Positions 25,632 through 34,911 of a stretch of 40,996 nt of DNA are shown in pieces. The first letter of the stretch is position 1. Each line of letters starts with the position of its first letter. The stretch is from Minisyncoccota bacterium (GTDB lineage Bacteria; Patescibacteriota; Minisyncoccia; Minisyncoccales; Minisyncoccaceae). A model generated the notes under the pieces. It worked only from the letters and a program-made list of their open reading frames with translations. It ran no database searches and was not told where the DNA came from. Made by a program: the position numbers and the translations under genes. Where the stretch lies: assembly GCA_028708155.1 (NCBI GenBank), contig JAQVZN010000001.1, positions 1 through 40,996 on the forward strand, written 5' to 3'.

Positions 25632-26918
25632 ATGACACCAACAAAAAAAGAACCAGATATTATTCTTTTTGTAAATGACATACCAGATGAAGAAGCTATT
25701 AAGAAAGATCTTAATGATTATGGTAAAAAGAATAAAAAAAGTTTTAGATTAGCTATCATTCGCGATACAAGAAGAGTTGAGATAGGAGAAGCAAAAGAAT
25801 ATTCTAGTGATGTTATTTATTTATCTTGCGATTTTTCAGACCCTATTAAAATTCAAAAGGCGTTGCTTCCATATCAAAATGAAATTTTAGCTGTTACTTG
25901 TCGTAGTGAAATAAATATAGATTCTTTTTCAAAATTAGTCCCTAACGTACCTTATTTGCGAACCCCAACATCAGAATCATTGGATTGGGCAATTCAAAAA
26001 ACGATGATGAGAAAAAGGTTTAATGCTTATGATAAAAAAATCACCCCTAAATTTTCTATTGTTAAAAACTTTTCAAAAGAAACAATTAAAAATGTAAAAG
26101 AAAAAGTAGGTTTTCCTTTAGTAGTAAAACCATCTGGATTAGCTTCAAGTCTTCTTATCTCTGTTTGTTACTATGAAGAAGAATTAGAACAAACGCTTCA
26201 AGAGTCCTTTAAGGTGATCAGAAAAATATATAAGGAAAATGATAGAAAGAAAGAGCCAGAACTTTTAGTAGAGCAATTTATGGAAGGAGAAATGTTTTCT
26301 ATTGATGGTTATGTAACTTCTAAAGGTAAGGTATATTTCTGTCCGCTTGTGAAAGTTAAAACAGGGAAACAAATTGGTTTTGATGACTTTTTTGGCTATC
26401 AAAGAATTTTACCAGCTAATGTTAGTAAAAGTTCAAGCGAAAAAGCACAAGAAGTTGCTAAAAAGGGAGTGCATGCTTTAGGTTTAAGAAGTGTTACGGT
26501 TCATATAGAATTAATGAGACTAGAAGAGGGATGGAAAGTGATTGAAATTGGACCAAGAGTTGGCGGTTATAGAAATCAAATGTACCAATTGTCTTATGGG
26601 ATCAATCATGCTCTTAATGATGTATTAATTAGAATTCCTCAAAAACCAATTATTCCTAGAAAATTAAGGGGACACACAGCTGTTTTTCTGTTTTATGCTA
26701 AAAAAGAAGGAAGACTTAAAGCGATAAAAGGAGTTAAAAAGGTACAAGAATTGGAATCTTTTCATGAAATTAAAATAAATAAAAAGATTGGAGACCAATG
26801 TAAATTTGCAAAAAATGGAGGTAAATTTGTTTGTAATTTAGTTTTATTCAACAAAGATAGATCAAAACTTTTAGCGGATATAAGAAGAATGGAAAAAACT
26901 TTAAAGATCGTTACTTAG
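25632..26918 (+). CDS. ATP-grasp carboxylate-amine ligase (L-amino-acid-ligase-like architecture)
   Basis: 428 aa from ATG 25632 (TTG 25626 is an alternative start). The ATP-grasp core is present: FPLVVKPSGLASSLLISVCYYEEEL, LLVEQFMEGEMFSIDGY, HIELM and VIEIGPRVGG. There is an N-terminal pre-ATP-grasp domain of about 130 aa. Confidence 0.7.
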   Translation: MTPTKKEPDIILFVNDIPDEEAIKKDLNDYGKKNKKSFRLAIIRDTRRVEIGEAKEYSSDVIYLSCDFSDPIKIQKALLPYQNEILAVTCRSEINIDSFSKLVPNVPYLRTPTSESLDWAIQKTMMRKRFNAYDKKITPKFSIVKNFSKETIKNVKEKVGFPLVVKPSGLASSLLISVCYYEEELEQTLQESFKVIRKIYKENDRKKEPELLVEQFMEGEMFSIDGYVTSKGKVYFCPLVKVKTGKQIGFDDFFGYQRILPANVSKSSSEKAQEVAKKGVHALGLRSVTVHIELMRLEEGWKVIEIGPRVGGYRNQMYQLSYGINHALNDVLIRIPQKPIIPRKLRGHTAVFLFYAKKEGRLKAIKGVKKVQELESFHEIKINKKIGDQCKFAKNGGKFVCNLVLFNKDRSKLLADIRRMEKTLKIVT

Positions 26919-26957
26919 GTCTTTTATAAATTTGATTTTTATGATAAAATCATATTT

Positions 26958-28130
26958 ATGAAGAACATATTCGAAAATATTGAAATAAGTTTACCAGAAG
27001 GTGAATTACTAAAAAAATTAAATAGCGGAAAAACTTTAAGGATTAAGATGGGTTTTGATCCTACTTCTCCGGACTTACATTTGGGTCACGCAATAGCTAT
27101 TCACAAATTAAAAGAATTGCAGGATTTAGGACATAAGATAGTTATTATTATAGGTGATTATACCGCAAGAATTGGTGATCCTTCAGGAAAAGACAAAACA
27201 AGACCAACTTTATCTCAAGAAGAAATAGATAAAAACTCAGAGACATATATTAGTCAACTAGGTAAGATTTTAGATGTTAGCAAAATCGAAGTTAGAAGAA
27301 ATTCTGAATGGTTATCTTCTTTAGATTTTAATGAATTTATTTCTCTTCTTTCAAAATATACGGTTCAACAAATAATGGAAAGAAATGATTTTCGTAATAG
27401 ATTTGAAAATGGTTCTCCGATTTCTTTACACGAAATTATTTATCCTTTAATTCAAGGTTATGATTCTGTTAAAATTGACGCTGATGTAGAAATTGGAGGA
27501 CAAGATCAGTTGTTTAACTTTATGATTGCAAGGTATTTGCAAGAAAAATACAACCAAGAACCTCAAGCAGTTATTTGCATGCCTCTTTTAAGAGGAGTTG
27601 ATGGGGTTAATAAGATGAGCAAATCTTTAAAAAATTATATTGGTTTAACTGATCATCCTAATGATATTTATGGAAAAACAATGTCTATTCCAGATTCTCT
27701 TATTGAAGAATATTTAAGATTAGTAACTTCTTTTTCAAAAGAAGAAAAAGAATCTTTAATGTCTTTACTTAAAAGTGGAGAGAATCCAATTAATATTAAA
27801 AAGAAAATTGCTTTTAATATAGTGGAAATTTATTACTCTAGTAAGGAAGCGGTTGAAGCTCAGAATGATTTTGAAAATAAGTTTCAAAAAAGAAAATTAG
27901 AAGATATAGATTACATAGAAATAATTTTAGACTCTCTTTCTGATAAAAATTTGATTGAGCTTATTTCTAGAATTTTAGATAAGTCTAAAAGTGAAGTTAG
28001 AAAATTATTTGAAGCTGGTGCTGTATCTGTTGACGGCGAAAAAGTGTTTGATATTAATTTAGAAATAAATAAATTAAAAAAAGAATCCGTTCTTAAAGTC
28101 GGAAAATTGAATTATTTCAAATTTAAGTAG
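26958..28130 (+). CDS. tyrS: tyrosine--tRNA ligase
   Basis: 390 aa. It carries the class I HIGH variant (DLHLGHA), KMSKS, the GGQDQ motif and a C-terminal S4-like domain. Confidence 0.92.
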   Translation: MKNIFENIEISLPEGELLKKLNSGKTLRIKMGFDPTSPDLHLGHAIAIHKLKELQDLGHKIVIIIGDYTARIGDPSGKDKTRPTLSQEEIDKNSETYISQLGKILDVSKIEVRRNSEWLSSLDFNEFISLLSKYTVQQIMERNDFRNRFENGSPISLHEIIYPLIQGYDSVKIDADVEIGGQDQLFNFMIARYLQEKYNQEPQAVICMPLLRGVDGVNKMSKSLKNYIGLTDHPNDIYGKTMSIPDSLIEEYLRLVTSFSKEEKESLMSLLKSGENPINIKKKIAFNIVEIYYSSKEAVEAQNDFENKFQKRKLEDIDYIEIILDSLSDKNLIELISRILDKSKSEVRKLFEAGAVSVDGEKVFDINLEINKLKKESVLKVGKLNYFKFK

Positions 28131-28137
28131 AAACAAT

Positions 28138-29463
28138 ATGAAAAAGAAAAACCTTATCCTTTTATTATTAGCTATAGTATTTTTCCCAATACTAAAAGTT
28201 GATGCCCTTTCTTTAAATTACAACTTACCAGAAGAAGTTAATTTGGGAGAAACTTTTAAGGTGGAAATTAGTGTTGATGATAACGATCTATTAATTAAAG
28301 CTATTGAAGGAGTTCTTTCTTTTGATTTTAATTCTTTTGAGCTTGTAAATATCAATTCACCTTTTAATGAATGGATCAAAGAGCCCTATTTAAATGAAGA
28401 CAATAAAATATATTTTAGTGGTCTTTTTGATTCTATTTTGAATAATAATATTTTTAATCTTGTTTTTAAAAAGAATAAGGATGCTGTTTTTGAACTAGGA
28501 CTTGATTCTGGAACAATTCTTGCTGACGATGAACTTTTTAGCATTGATAAGATAGTTCCTTTGAGTGGAGGTATTTTTAATATTTCTTCTCCTACTCATC
28601 CTGATTCTAAAGTGTGGTATAATGAAAGCAAAGTAAAACTTAATTGGATGGTTCCTAGCGATGCTTCAAAAATTAAAATATTGATAGATGAAAATGAAGA
28701 AGCTTATCCTTCTGTAGAGTATAGTGATCCTATAATAAGTGAAAAAGAAATAGAATTAGATGATGGGGTTTGGTATTTTCATATAAGATATTTTGGAGAT
28801 GATCAATGGAGTGATATTGAAACCAAAAAGATAATGATAGACACAGAAAAGCCAAAGGATTTTGATTTTTATATTAAAGACAAGGTGATTAATTTTATAA
28901 GCGAAGAGGATTTATCTTATGAGTTAATTATTTCTTCAATTAATCAAGAGTATACAGCCTTAGAAAATAGTTTTGATTTTTCTTTTTTAAAAAGTGGGGA
29001 ATATATTGTTTTAGTTAAAGCTTATGACAGAGCTAGAAATTATATAGAAAAACAAATTTTAATAAAGATTGAAGGAGTTCCTTCTCCACATTTTTCGGGA
29101 GCGATTTTAGATAAAAACAATCTTTATATTTCAGGATATATTGAGATAGATGATGCAAAGGTTATTACTTCTATTAGCGGAGAAGATATGAATAAACAGG
29201 AAGTTTTAAAAGTTTCTTCTGATGGTAAGTTTGTTTATTATATAGAAGATTTAAAACCAGGTTTATATTACTTAAATTTATTTGCTGTTAAAGATAGTAA
29301 TTTAAGTGAAGAAAATAAGAAAGTTATTTTGATTGTTGATAACAGTATTGATTGTAAGGTAATTGCGGAAATTTTAATTGGTTATGGATTAGCGATTTTA
29401 GCATTATTGCTAATTTATATTTTAGGAGGAAAAGATAAAAAGATTAAAAAAAATAAAAAATAA
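28138..29463 (+). CDS. secreted, C-terminally anchored surface protein with an N-terminal cohesin-like domain
   Basis: 441 aa with a signal peptide. LSLNYNLPEEVNLGETFKVEISV...IKAIEGVLSFDFNSFELVNI...WIKEPY...IYFSG fits the cohesin-domain pattern. It also has the SSPTHPDSKVWYN motif, a C-terminal TM helix and a lysine tail. Confidence 0.55.
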   Translation: MKKKNLILLLLAIVFFPILKVDALSLNYNLPEEVNLGETFKVEISVDDNDLLIKAIEGVLSFDFNSFELVNINSPFNEWIKEPYLNEDNKIYFSGLFDSILNNNIFNLVFKKNKDAVFELGLDSGTILADDELFSIDKIVPLSGGIFNISSPTHPDSKVWYNESKVKLNWMVPSDASKIKILIDENEEAYPSVEYSDPIISEKEIELDDGVWYFHIRYFGDDQWSDIETKKIMIDTEKPKDFDFYIKDKVINFISEEDLSYELIISSINQEYTALENSFDFSFLKSGEYIVLVKAYDRARNYIEKQILIKIEGVPSPHFSGAILDKNNLYISGYIEIDDAKVITSISGEDMNKQEVLKVSSDGKFVYYIEDLKPGLYYLNLFAVKDSNLSEENKKVILIVDNSIDCKVIAEILIGYGLAILALLLIYILGGKDKKIKKNKK

Positions 29464-29467
29464 AAAT

Positions 29468-29797
29468 ATGGAATTTAACGAATATCAAGAAAAAGCCAGA
29501 GGAACAGCTATTTATCCAAATAGAGATAATAATTTTATTTATCCAACACTAGGTCTTGTTGGAGAGGCTGGAGAAGTAGCCGAAAAAATAAAAAAAGTTA
29601 TTAGAGATAATGATGGAATTGTTACTGAAGAAAAGAAAGAAGAAATTAAGAAAGAACTTGGAGATGTCCTTTGGTATATTGCTAATTTATCAAAAGAACT
29701 TAACCTTACACTAGAAGAGGTAGCAGAAGGAAATCTTACAAAACTTTATTCTAGACTGGAAAGAGATAAAGTTCATGGAGACGGAGATAATAGATAA
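29468..29797 (+). CDS. MazG-like nucleoside triphosphate pyrophosphohydrolase (single-domain)
   Basis: 109 aa. The all-alpha MazG motifs LGLVGEAGEVAEKIKK (ExxE) and ELGDVLWYIANL are present. Confidence 0.8.
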   Translation: MEFNEYQEKARGTAIYPNRDNNFIYPTLGLVGEAGEVAEKIKKVIRDNDGIVTEEKKEEIKKELGDVLWYIANLSKELNLTLEEVAEGNLTKLYSRLERDKVHGDGDNR

Positions 29798-29801
29798 AAA
29801 A

Positions 29802-30611
29802 ATGAATATTATAAATTCTTTAGGGGAAATAGAAAAGTTTTCTTCTGAAAAAGTTTATCGTTCTATTTTGAGAACGGGCGCTAGTAAAGAGATAGCGAAA
29901 AAGGTTACTAGTATCGTAGTAAAGAAGATTCGTCCTAATATTTCTACATTTGAGATTTATAGAATAGCTAAAAAATATTTAGCTAAAGAAAAAGAGGCTT
30001 CTTCTTTAAAGTTTGATTTAAAGTATGCTATCAAAAGGTTAGGACCAGAAGGTTTTATTTTTGAAAAATTTATTAAAGAGATTCTTCAAAGATTAGGATA
30101 CGAAGTAACAAATAATAGAATCATTCAAGGGAAATGTATCTCTTATGAAATTGATTTTTTAATCAAAACAAAAGAATCTAAGCATCTAGGAGAGTGTAAA
30201 TATAGAAATGGAACAGGTGACAGAATAGATGTTAATGTTTTACTTAAAAGTTTCGCAGTTCTTGACGATATAAAAAGTAATAATATTAATTGCAATATTA
30301 AAACAATGGTAGTTACTAACGAAAAGTTTACAGAAAAAGCCATTAGATATGCAAAGTGTAAAAATATTAAAATATTGGGTTGGAATTACCCAGAAAAAGA
30401 AGGATTAGAAACAATTATAAGCGCTAATAATTTATATCCAATAACTATTTTGCCATCTTTCAATAAGAATTATCTTCAATTATTTGCCGAACAAAATGTT
30501 TTGCTTGTCAGTAATTTAACTGAAGAAAAGATAAAAACTTTAGAGAAGCTAAAAATTAGTAGAAGATATCTAAATAAATTAAAAGAGGAGATAGGTTTGA
30601 TTATTAATTGA
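29802..30611 (+). CDS. ATP-cone domain fused to a PD-(D/E)XK (Mrr_cat-like) restriction-endonuclease domain
   Basis: 269 aa from ATG 29802, 4 nt after the MazG stop (an alternative ATG at 29775 overlaps MazG). The N-terminus IINSLGEIEKFSSEKVYRSILRTG...EIYRIAKKYL matches the ATP-cone pattern. It is followed by FEKFIKEILQRLGYEV...YEIDFLI...GECKYR, a D...ExK nuclease core. Confidence 0.65.
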   Translation: MNIINSLGEIEKFSSEKVYRSILRTGASKEIAKKVTSIVVKKIRPNISTFEIYRIAKKYLAKEKEASSLKFDLKYAIKRLGPEGFIFEKFIKEILQRLGYEVTNNRIIQGKCISYEIDFLIKTKESKHLGECKYRNGTGDRIDVNVLLKSFAVLDDIKSNNINCNIKTMVVTNEKFTEKAIRYAKCKNIKILGWNYPEKEGLETIISANNLYPITILPSFNKNYLQLFAEQNVLLVSNLTEEKIKTLEKLKISRRYLNKLKEEIGLIIN

Positions 30612-30642
30612 CTTTTATTTCTTTTAATAGTAATTAAGTATT

Positions 30643-31710
30643 ATGTCATTACATATAGGTATCGTTGGTTTTCCAAATGTAGGAAAATCTACATTATTTA
30701 AAGCTATTACAAAAAAACAAGTTGATTGTGCTAATTATCCTTTTTGTACAATTGATCCTAATGTTGGAGTTGTAACCGTGCCAGACAAAAGAGTTGATCT
30801 TTTAGCTGATTTAATGCACTCAAAAAAAAGAATATATACAACGATAGAATTTGTTGATATTGCTGGACTTGTTGAAGGAGCGAACAAAGGAGAGGGACTA
30901 GGAAATCAATTCTTAGCTAATATTAGAGAAGTTGATGCTGTTTTATATGTTTTAAGGTGTTTTAAAGATGGTAATGTTGCAAACGTAAGAGCAGAAATAA
31001 ATCCTATTAAAGATAAAGAAATATTAGACATGGAGATGGCTTTAAAAGATCTTACAACTATTGAAAAAAGAATTGAAGCGGTAGGTAAGAAAATGAGATC
31101 GGGAGCAAAAAAAGAAGATGAAAAAGAATTAGAGCTTCTCCAAAAAATAAAGATTATTTTAGAGCAAGGAAAAGTTTTAATTGATAATGTTTTTTCAGAA
31201 GAAGAAGAAAGTATGTTAAAACAATATCAACTTTTAACTTATAAAAAAAGAATTTATCTTTTAAACGGAAATAATGAAGATATTACTCCTGAAATTAAAA
31301 ACGAGTTTGAAAAAAATAATTGGGAATATGTTGTTATAGATGTGAAAGAAGAAATTGACGCAGAAGGATTAAGCAAAGAAGAAAGAGATGAACTTGGTCT
31401 TAAGGATTCAAAGTTAGATTATTTAATAGAAAAATGTTATCAAGTTTTAGGACTTATAACTTTTTTAACCACAGGAGAAGACGAAACTAGGGCTTGGACT
31501 TTGAAAAATGGAAGCTTAGCTCCTGATGCGGGAGGAGCTATTCATACCGATTTTAAAGATAACTTTATTAAGGCGGATGTTATTAATTGGGAGGATTTAT
31601 ATAATTCAAAAACATACGGAGAAGCTAGATCAAAAGGGCTTATTAGAACAGAAGGAAAAGAGTATATTATAAAAGACGGAGACGTTATTGAAATTAAAAG
31701 CAATGCTTAA
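30643..31710 (+). CDS. ychF: redox-regulated ATPase YchF (Obg-like)
   Basis: 355 aa. It has GIVGFPNVGKSTLF, NYPFCTIDPN, DIAGLV and the C-terminal TGS/DUF933 signature (FLTTGEDETRAWT, HTDFKDNFIKADV). Confidence 0.93.
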   Translation: MSLHIGIVGFPNVGKSTLFKAITKKQVDCANYPFCTIDPNVGVVTVPDKRVDLLADLMHSKKRIYTTIEFVDIAGLVEGANKGEGLGNQFLANIREVDAVLYVLRCFKDGNVANVRAEINPIKDKEILDMEMALKDLTTIEKRIEAVGKKMRSGAKKEDEKELELLQKIKIILEQGKVLIDNVFSEEEESMLKQYQLLTYKKRIYLLNGNNEDITPEIKNEFEKNNWEYVVIDVKEEIDAEGLSKEERDELGLKDSKLDYLIEKCYQVLGLITFLTTGEDETRAWTLKNGSLAPDAGGAIHTDFKDNFIKADVINWEDLYNSKTYGEARSKGLIRTEGKEYIIKDGDVIEIKSNA

Positions 31711-32908
31711 ATACGATTTATGTATTATTGGTGGAGGTCCTGCCGGAATAATGGCGGCCATCGCTTCAGGGGAAAGAAACAAGAAGGTTGTTCTTATTGA
31801 AAAGAATGATGAAATAGGAAAGAAGTTACTTTTAACTGGAGGAGGAAGATGTAATCTTACTTATAAAGGACTTACAAATAAAGAATTTGTTTCTAGGTTT
31901 GGAAAGCAGGGAGATTTTTTATTATCTTCTTTATCTTCATTTGGAGTAGAAGAATTAATTGATTTTTTTAATAAAAGAGGACTTGCTTTAAAAGTAGAAG
32001 ATAATAAAGTTTATCCAAAATCAGAAAAAGCTAAAGATGTTTTAAATTTTTTTAAAAATGAACTTAAAAAAAATAACGTAACTATTATTACTAATGCAGA
32101 AGTTCGTGATTTTTTATTTAAAGATAAAAAAATAGAAAAAGTTTTATTAAATACTAATGAAGAAATTTTTGCTGATAATTTTTTAATTGCTACGGGAGGA
32201 AAGTCTTATCCGAATGTAAATTCTAATTTTAATGGATATGCTTTTTCTAAAAAAATGGGGCATAAAGTAACTTCTCTAACTCCAGCTTTAACTCCTATAG
32301 AGACAAAAGAGAAATGGGTTAGCGTTTTAAAGGGAGTGAGTTTAAGAAATGTTTCAATTAAACTCAATAAAGAAAAAGAAGTTGTGGGAGATCTTTTATT
32401 TACTCATTTTGGATTAAGCGGTCCAGTAATTTTAAATTTAAGTCAAAGAATAAAAACAAAAGATAAAATATTTATTGATCTTTTTCCAAATAAAAAAATA
32501 GAAGAGCTTGAAAAAGAGTTTTTGGATTTATTTGATAAAAATATTAAAAAAACAATTTATAATATTTTAAGTGATGTTATTCCTTTAAAATTAGCTGCGG
32601 TTATTCTTAACTTTTCAGGAATAAATAAAGAAGAAATTTGTAGAAATATTAATAAAGAACAGAGGAAAAAGTTAATTAAAAATATAAAAAATATAGAGTT
32701 TAATGTTATCGGTCTTTTAGGTTTTGAAAAAGCAATGGTAACTAAAGGGGGAATATCTTTAAAAGAAATTGATTCTAAAACATTAAAATCAAAATTAGTT
32801 TCTAATTTATATTTTGCCGGAGAAGTGATTGATTTAAATGGTGAGTCGGGAGGATTTAACTTGCAAATGTGTTTTACAACAGGATATATCGTTGCGCAAA
32901 GTATTTAA
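31688..32908 (+). CDS. HI0933/BaiN-family FAD-dependent oxidoreductase
   Basis: 406 aa; an alternative start at ATG 31703 gives MLKYDLCIIGGGPAG. It has the dinucleotide-binding GGGPAG, the GGGRCN motif and a C-terminal GG(F)NLQ motif typical of the family. Confidence 0.85.
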   Translation: MKLKAMLKYDLCIIGGGPAGIMAAIASGERNKKVVLIEKNDEIGKKLLLTGGGRCNLTYKGLTNKEFVSRFGKQGDFLLSSLSSFGVEELIDFFNKRGLALKVEDNKVYPKSEKAKDVLNFFKNELKKNNVTIITNAEVRDFLFKDKKIEKVLLNTNEEIFADNFLIATGGKSYPNVNSNFNGYAFSKKMGHKVTSLTPALTPIETKEKWVSVLKGVSLRNVSIKLNKEKEVVGDLLFTHFGLSGPVILNLSQRIKTKDKIFIDLFPNKKIEELEKEFLDLFDKNIKKTIYNILSDVIPLKLAAVILNFSGINKEEICRNINKEQRKKLIKNIKNIEFNVIGLLGFEKAMVTKGGISLKEIDSKTLKSKLVSNLYFAGEVIDLNGESGGFNLQMCFTTGYIVAQSI

Positions 32909-32920
32909 TTTTAGTATAAT
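32892..32920 (+). promoter_or_regulatory. candidate promoter TTGCGC-17-TATAAT embedded in the last codons of the upstream gene
   Basis: TTGCGC lies at 32892-32897 and TATAAT at 32915-32920. The -10 ends 7 nt before ATG 32928. It is a near-duplicate of the cassette at 19806-19834. Confidence 0.45.
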
Positions 32921-32927
32921 CTAAATA

Positions 32928-33746
32928 ATGAAAAAGAAAAGAAGAAAAATCGGTTTAGCTTTAGGTTCTGGAGGAGCAAAAGGTTATGCTCACTTAGGAG
33001 TACTTAAGGTTCTTGAAAGGAATGAAGTTCCTATAGATTATATTTCAGGGGCTTCTGCTGGAGCAATTGTAGGCGCCTTATATTCTTTGTATAAAAATAC
33101 AGAAAAAGTAGAAGAAATTCTAACTGATTTTAATAAAATAAAATCTCTTGTAGATATTTCCTTTAAGGGAGGAGTCTTTAAAGGGAAAAAAATAATTAAT
33201 TTTTTGGATGATATTTTTTTAGATAAAGAGATTCAAGATTTAGATATTCCTTTATGTGTTGTTGCTACTGATTATAGGACAGGAGAAGAAGTCAGAATCA
33301 AAAAAGGAAATGTTGCTTTAGCGGTTAGAGCTAGTATGGCTATTCCTTTTATGTTTGAGCTTGTTGATTATAACAAAAAAGAATTAGCTGATGGCGGCTT
33401 ATCGTCTCCGGTTCCTATCAATGCTTTGAAAGATATGGGAGCAGATATTACGATTGGAGTTAGAATTGAAGATAAAATGGGACAAGAGCGAAAAAATATT
33501 TATGCTATGGCTGAAAGATCTGTTGCTATATTACAACACAATTTATCTAACTGGGAACTTAAAAACTGCGATGTTTTAATTGATCCATATTTTGAGGATT
33601 ATGGAATTTTAGGATTTCATAAAATATTTCAAGGTAAGGTTAGAGAAACTATTGAAGAAGGAGAAAGGGCTGCGGAATCTAATATGTCAGAAATTAGAAA
33701 TATTATGAGAACAAGAAAAGATATTCCAGGAATTTATAAGTTATAA
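32928..33746 (+). CDS. patatin-like phospholipase
   Basis: 272 aa. It has the oxyanion motif GSGGAKG, the nucleophile elbow GASAG and the catalytic Asp in ADGG. Confidence 0.85.
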   Translation: MKKKRRKIGLALGSGGAKGYAHLGVLKVLERNEVPIDYISGASAGAIVGALYSLYKNTEKVEEILTDFNKIKSLVDISFKGGVFKGKKIINFLDDIFLDKEIQDLDIPLCVVATDYRTGEEVRIKKGNVALAVRASMAIPFMFELVDYNKKELADGGLSSPVPINALKDMGADITIGVRIEDKMGQERKNIYAMAERSVAILQHNLSNWELKNCDVLIDPYFEDYGILGFHKIFQGKVRETIEEGERAAESNMSEIRNIMRTRKDIPGIYKL

Positions 33747-34861
33747 TTTTCTTTTAATTTTATAATTCTATTATAAGATTCATTAATTCTTTCTTCTGAT
33801 ATTTGACCACTAATAATAGCTTCTTTAATGATTTTTATTGCTTTTTCTCCTATATTTTCATCATACTCTTGATTATTATTTGAGAATATTAATAAATCAC
33901 ATCCAGCATTTATTGCTTTTATAATGCTTTCTTCAAAGCCAAAATTATCAACAATCGCTCCCATTTGCATATCGTCAGAAACGATAACACCATTATATTT
34001 TAATTCATTTCGTAAGATGTCTTTTAAAAAAATAGAAGAAAGGGTGGCTGGATTTTCTGGATCTATATTCCTGTTCATTATATGAGCCGTCATAATCATA
34101 TCCAAATTATTTTCTTCAATTAATTTTTTATAAGGTAAAAGTTCTATTTCTTTATTGTAAGTATTAGTAACATCAGTTAGTCCTAGGTGACTATCACTCT
34201 CTGAACTACCATGCCCTGGAAAGTGTTTGATTGCAGTCATGATATTATATTCATGCATTGCATCTATAAAAGAACTTGCGTGAGTGTAAACTTGATTAGG
34301 ATCATTTGAAAAAGATCTTTCAAGGTTTCCAATGACAGGGTTATTCTCATTTATATTAACATCTACTACAGGAGCAAAATTAAGATTGAATCCTAATTCT
34401 TTTAATTCTTTTCCTAAAAGAGAAGCCTCATTAAAAGTTTCTGATGGATTTTCTTTTCCCATTTCTAAGGCGCTTTTTATATCAATGAAACCATACTTAG
34501 GTTTAAGTCTATTAACATAACCTCCTTCAGCATCAACTGCGACTAGTAAATTACTATTAGTTAACTTTTTTAAATCAGAAATAAGTTTTTTTGTTTGTTC
34601 TTTGCTTTCTATGTTTCTCCCGCTAGTTTTAGAGGGAACATCATAGTCAAAAAGAATAACTCCACCGAGATGATAATCATTAATGTCTTTAATTATTTTA
34701 GAAGAAGAATTTACTTCCGTTCCTCTAAATCCTAAAATAAGCATTTCTCCTATTTTTTGGTCTAAAGAAATTTCTTTTGGCTTTATATTTATAATAAAAA
34801 TAAAGGCAATGATAAGTATAATAAGACTGACGAATATTTGTTTTTTCATAATATTGAACAT
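33734..34861 (-). CDS. nagZ: glycoside hydrolase family 3 N-terminal domain protein (beta-N-acetylhexosaminidase NagZ-like), membrane-anchored
   Basis: 375 aa with an N-terminal TM helix. Motifs present: AVDAEGG, KHFPGHG and GVIVSDDMQMGA. Confidence 0.8.
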   Translation of the reverse strand: MFNIMKKQIFVSLIILIIAFIFIINIKPKEISLDQKIGEMLILGFRGTEVNSSSKIIKDINDYHLGGVILFDYDVPSKTSGRNIESKEQTKKLISDLKKLTNSNLLVAVDAEGGYVNRLKPKYGFIDIKSALEMGKENPSETFNEASLLGKELKELGFNLNFAPVVDVNINENNPVIGNLERSFSNDPNQVYTHASSFIDAMHEYNIMTAIKHFPGHGSSESDSHLGLTDVTNTYNKEIELLPYKKLIEENNLDMIMTAHIMNRNIDPENPATLSSIFLKDILRNELKYNGVIVSDDMQMGAIVDNFGFEESIIKAINAGCDLLIFSNNNQEYDENIGEKAIKIIKEAIISGQISEERINESYNRIIKLKENYNL

Positions 34862-34911
34862 TATCTCTTTTATTGTTATATTATAGTTAAGATAAATAAA
34901 TAAAACAAGTT

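Noticed and set aside
26919-26957. T-box riboswitch upstream of tyrS
   Set aside because: Only 39 nt separate the upstream stop from the tyrS ATG, far too short for a T-box leader of about 200 nt. The region looks like a bare extended -10 promoter.
30143-30343. Minus-strand 66-aa ORF inside the ATP-cone/nuclease gene
   Set aside because: It is a shadow frame. I considered it as a possible antitoxin-like partner, but it has no independent promoter or terminator and is fully nested antisense.
32928-33746. Patatin-like phospholipase as an effector of a CBASS-like or other defence system
   Set aside because: No cyclase/nucleotidyltransferase, sensor or other defence-associated partner is adjacent. 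The neighbours are ychF, a flavoprotein and a GH3 hydrolase. It is most simply a stand-alone lipid hydrolase.
34332-34886. Plus-strand ORFs 34332-34520 and 34683-34886 opposite the GH3 gene, and minus-strand ORF 36623-36844
   Set aside because: They are shadow frames of confident CDSs.
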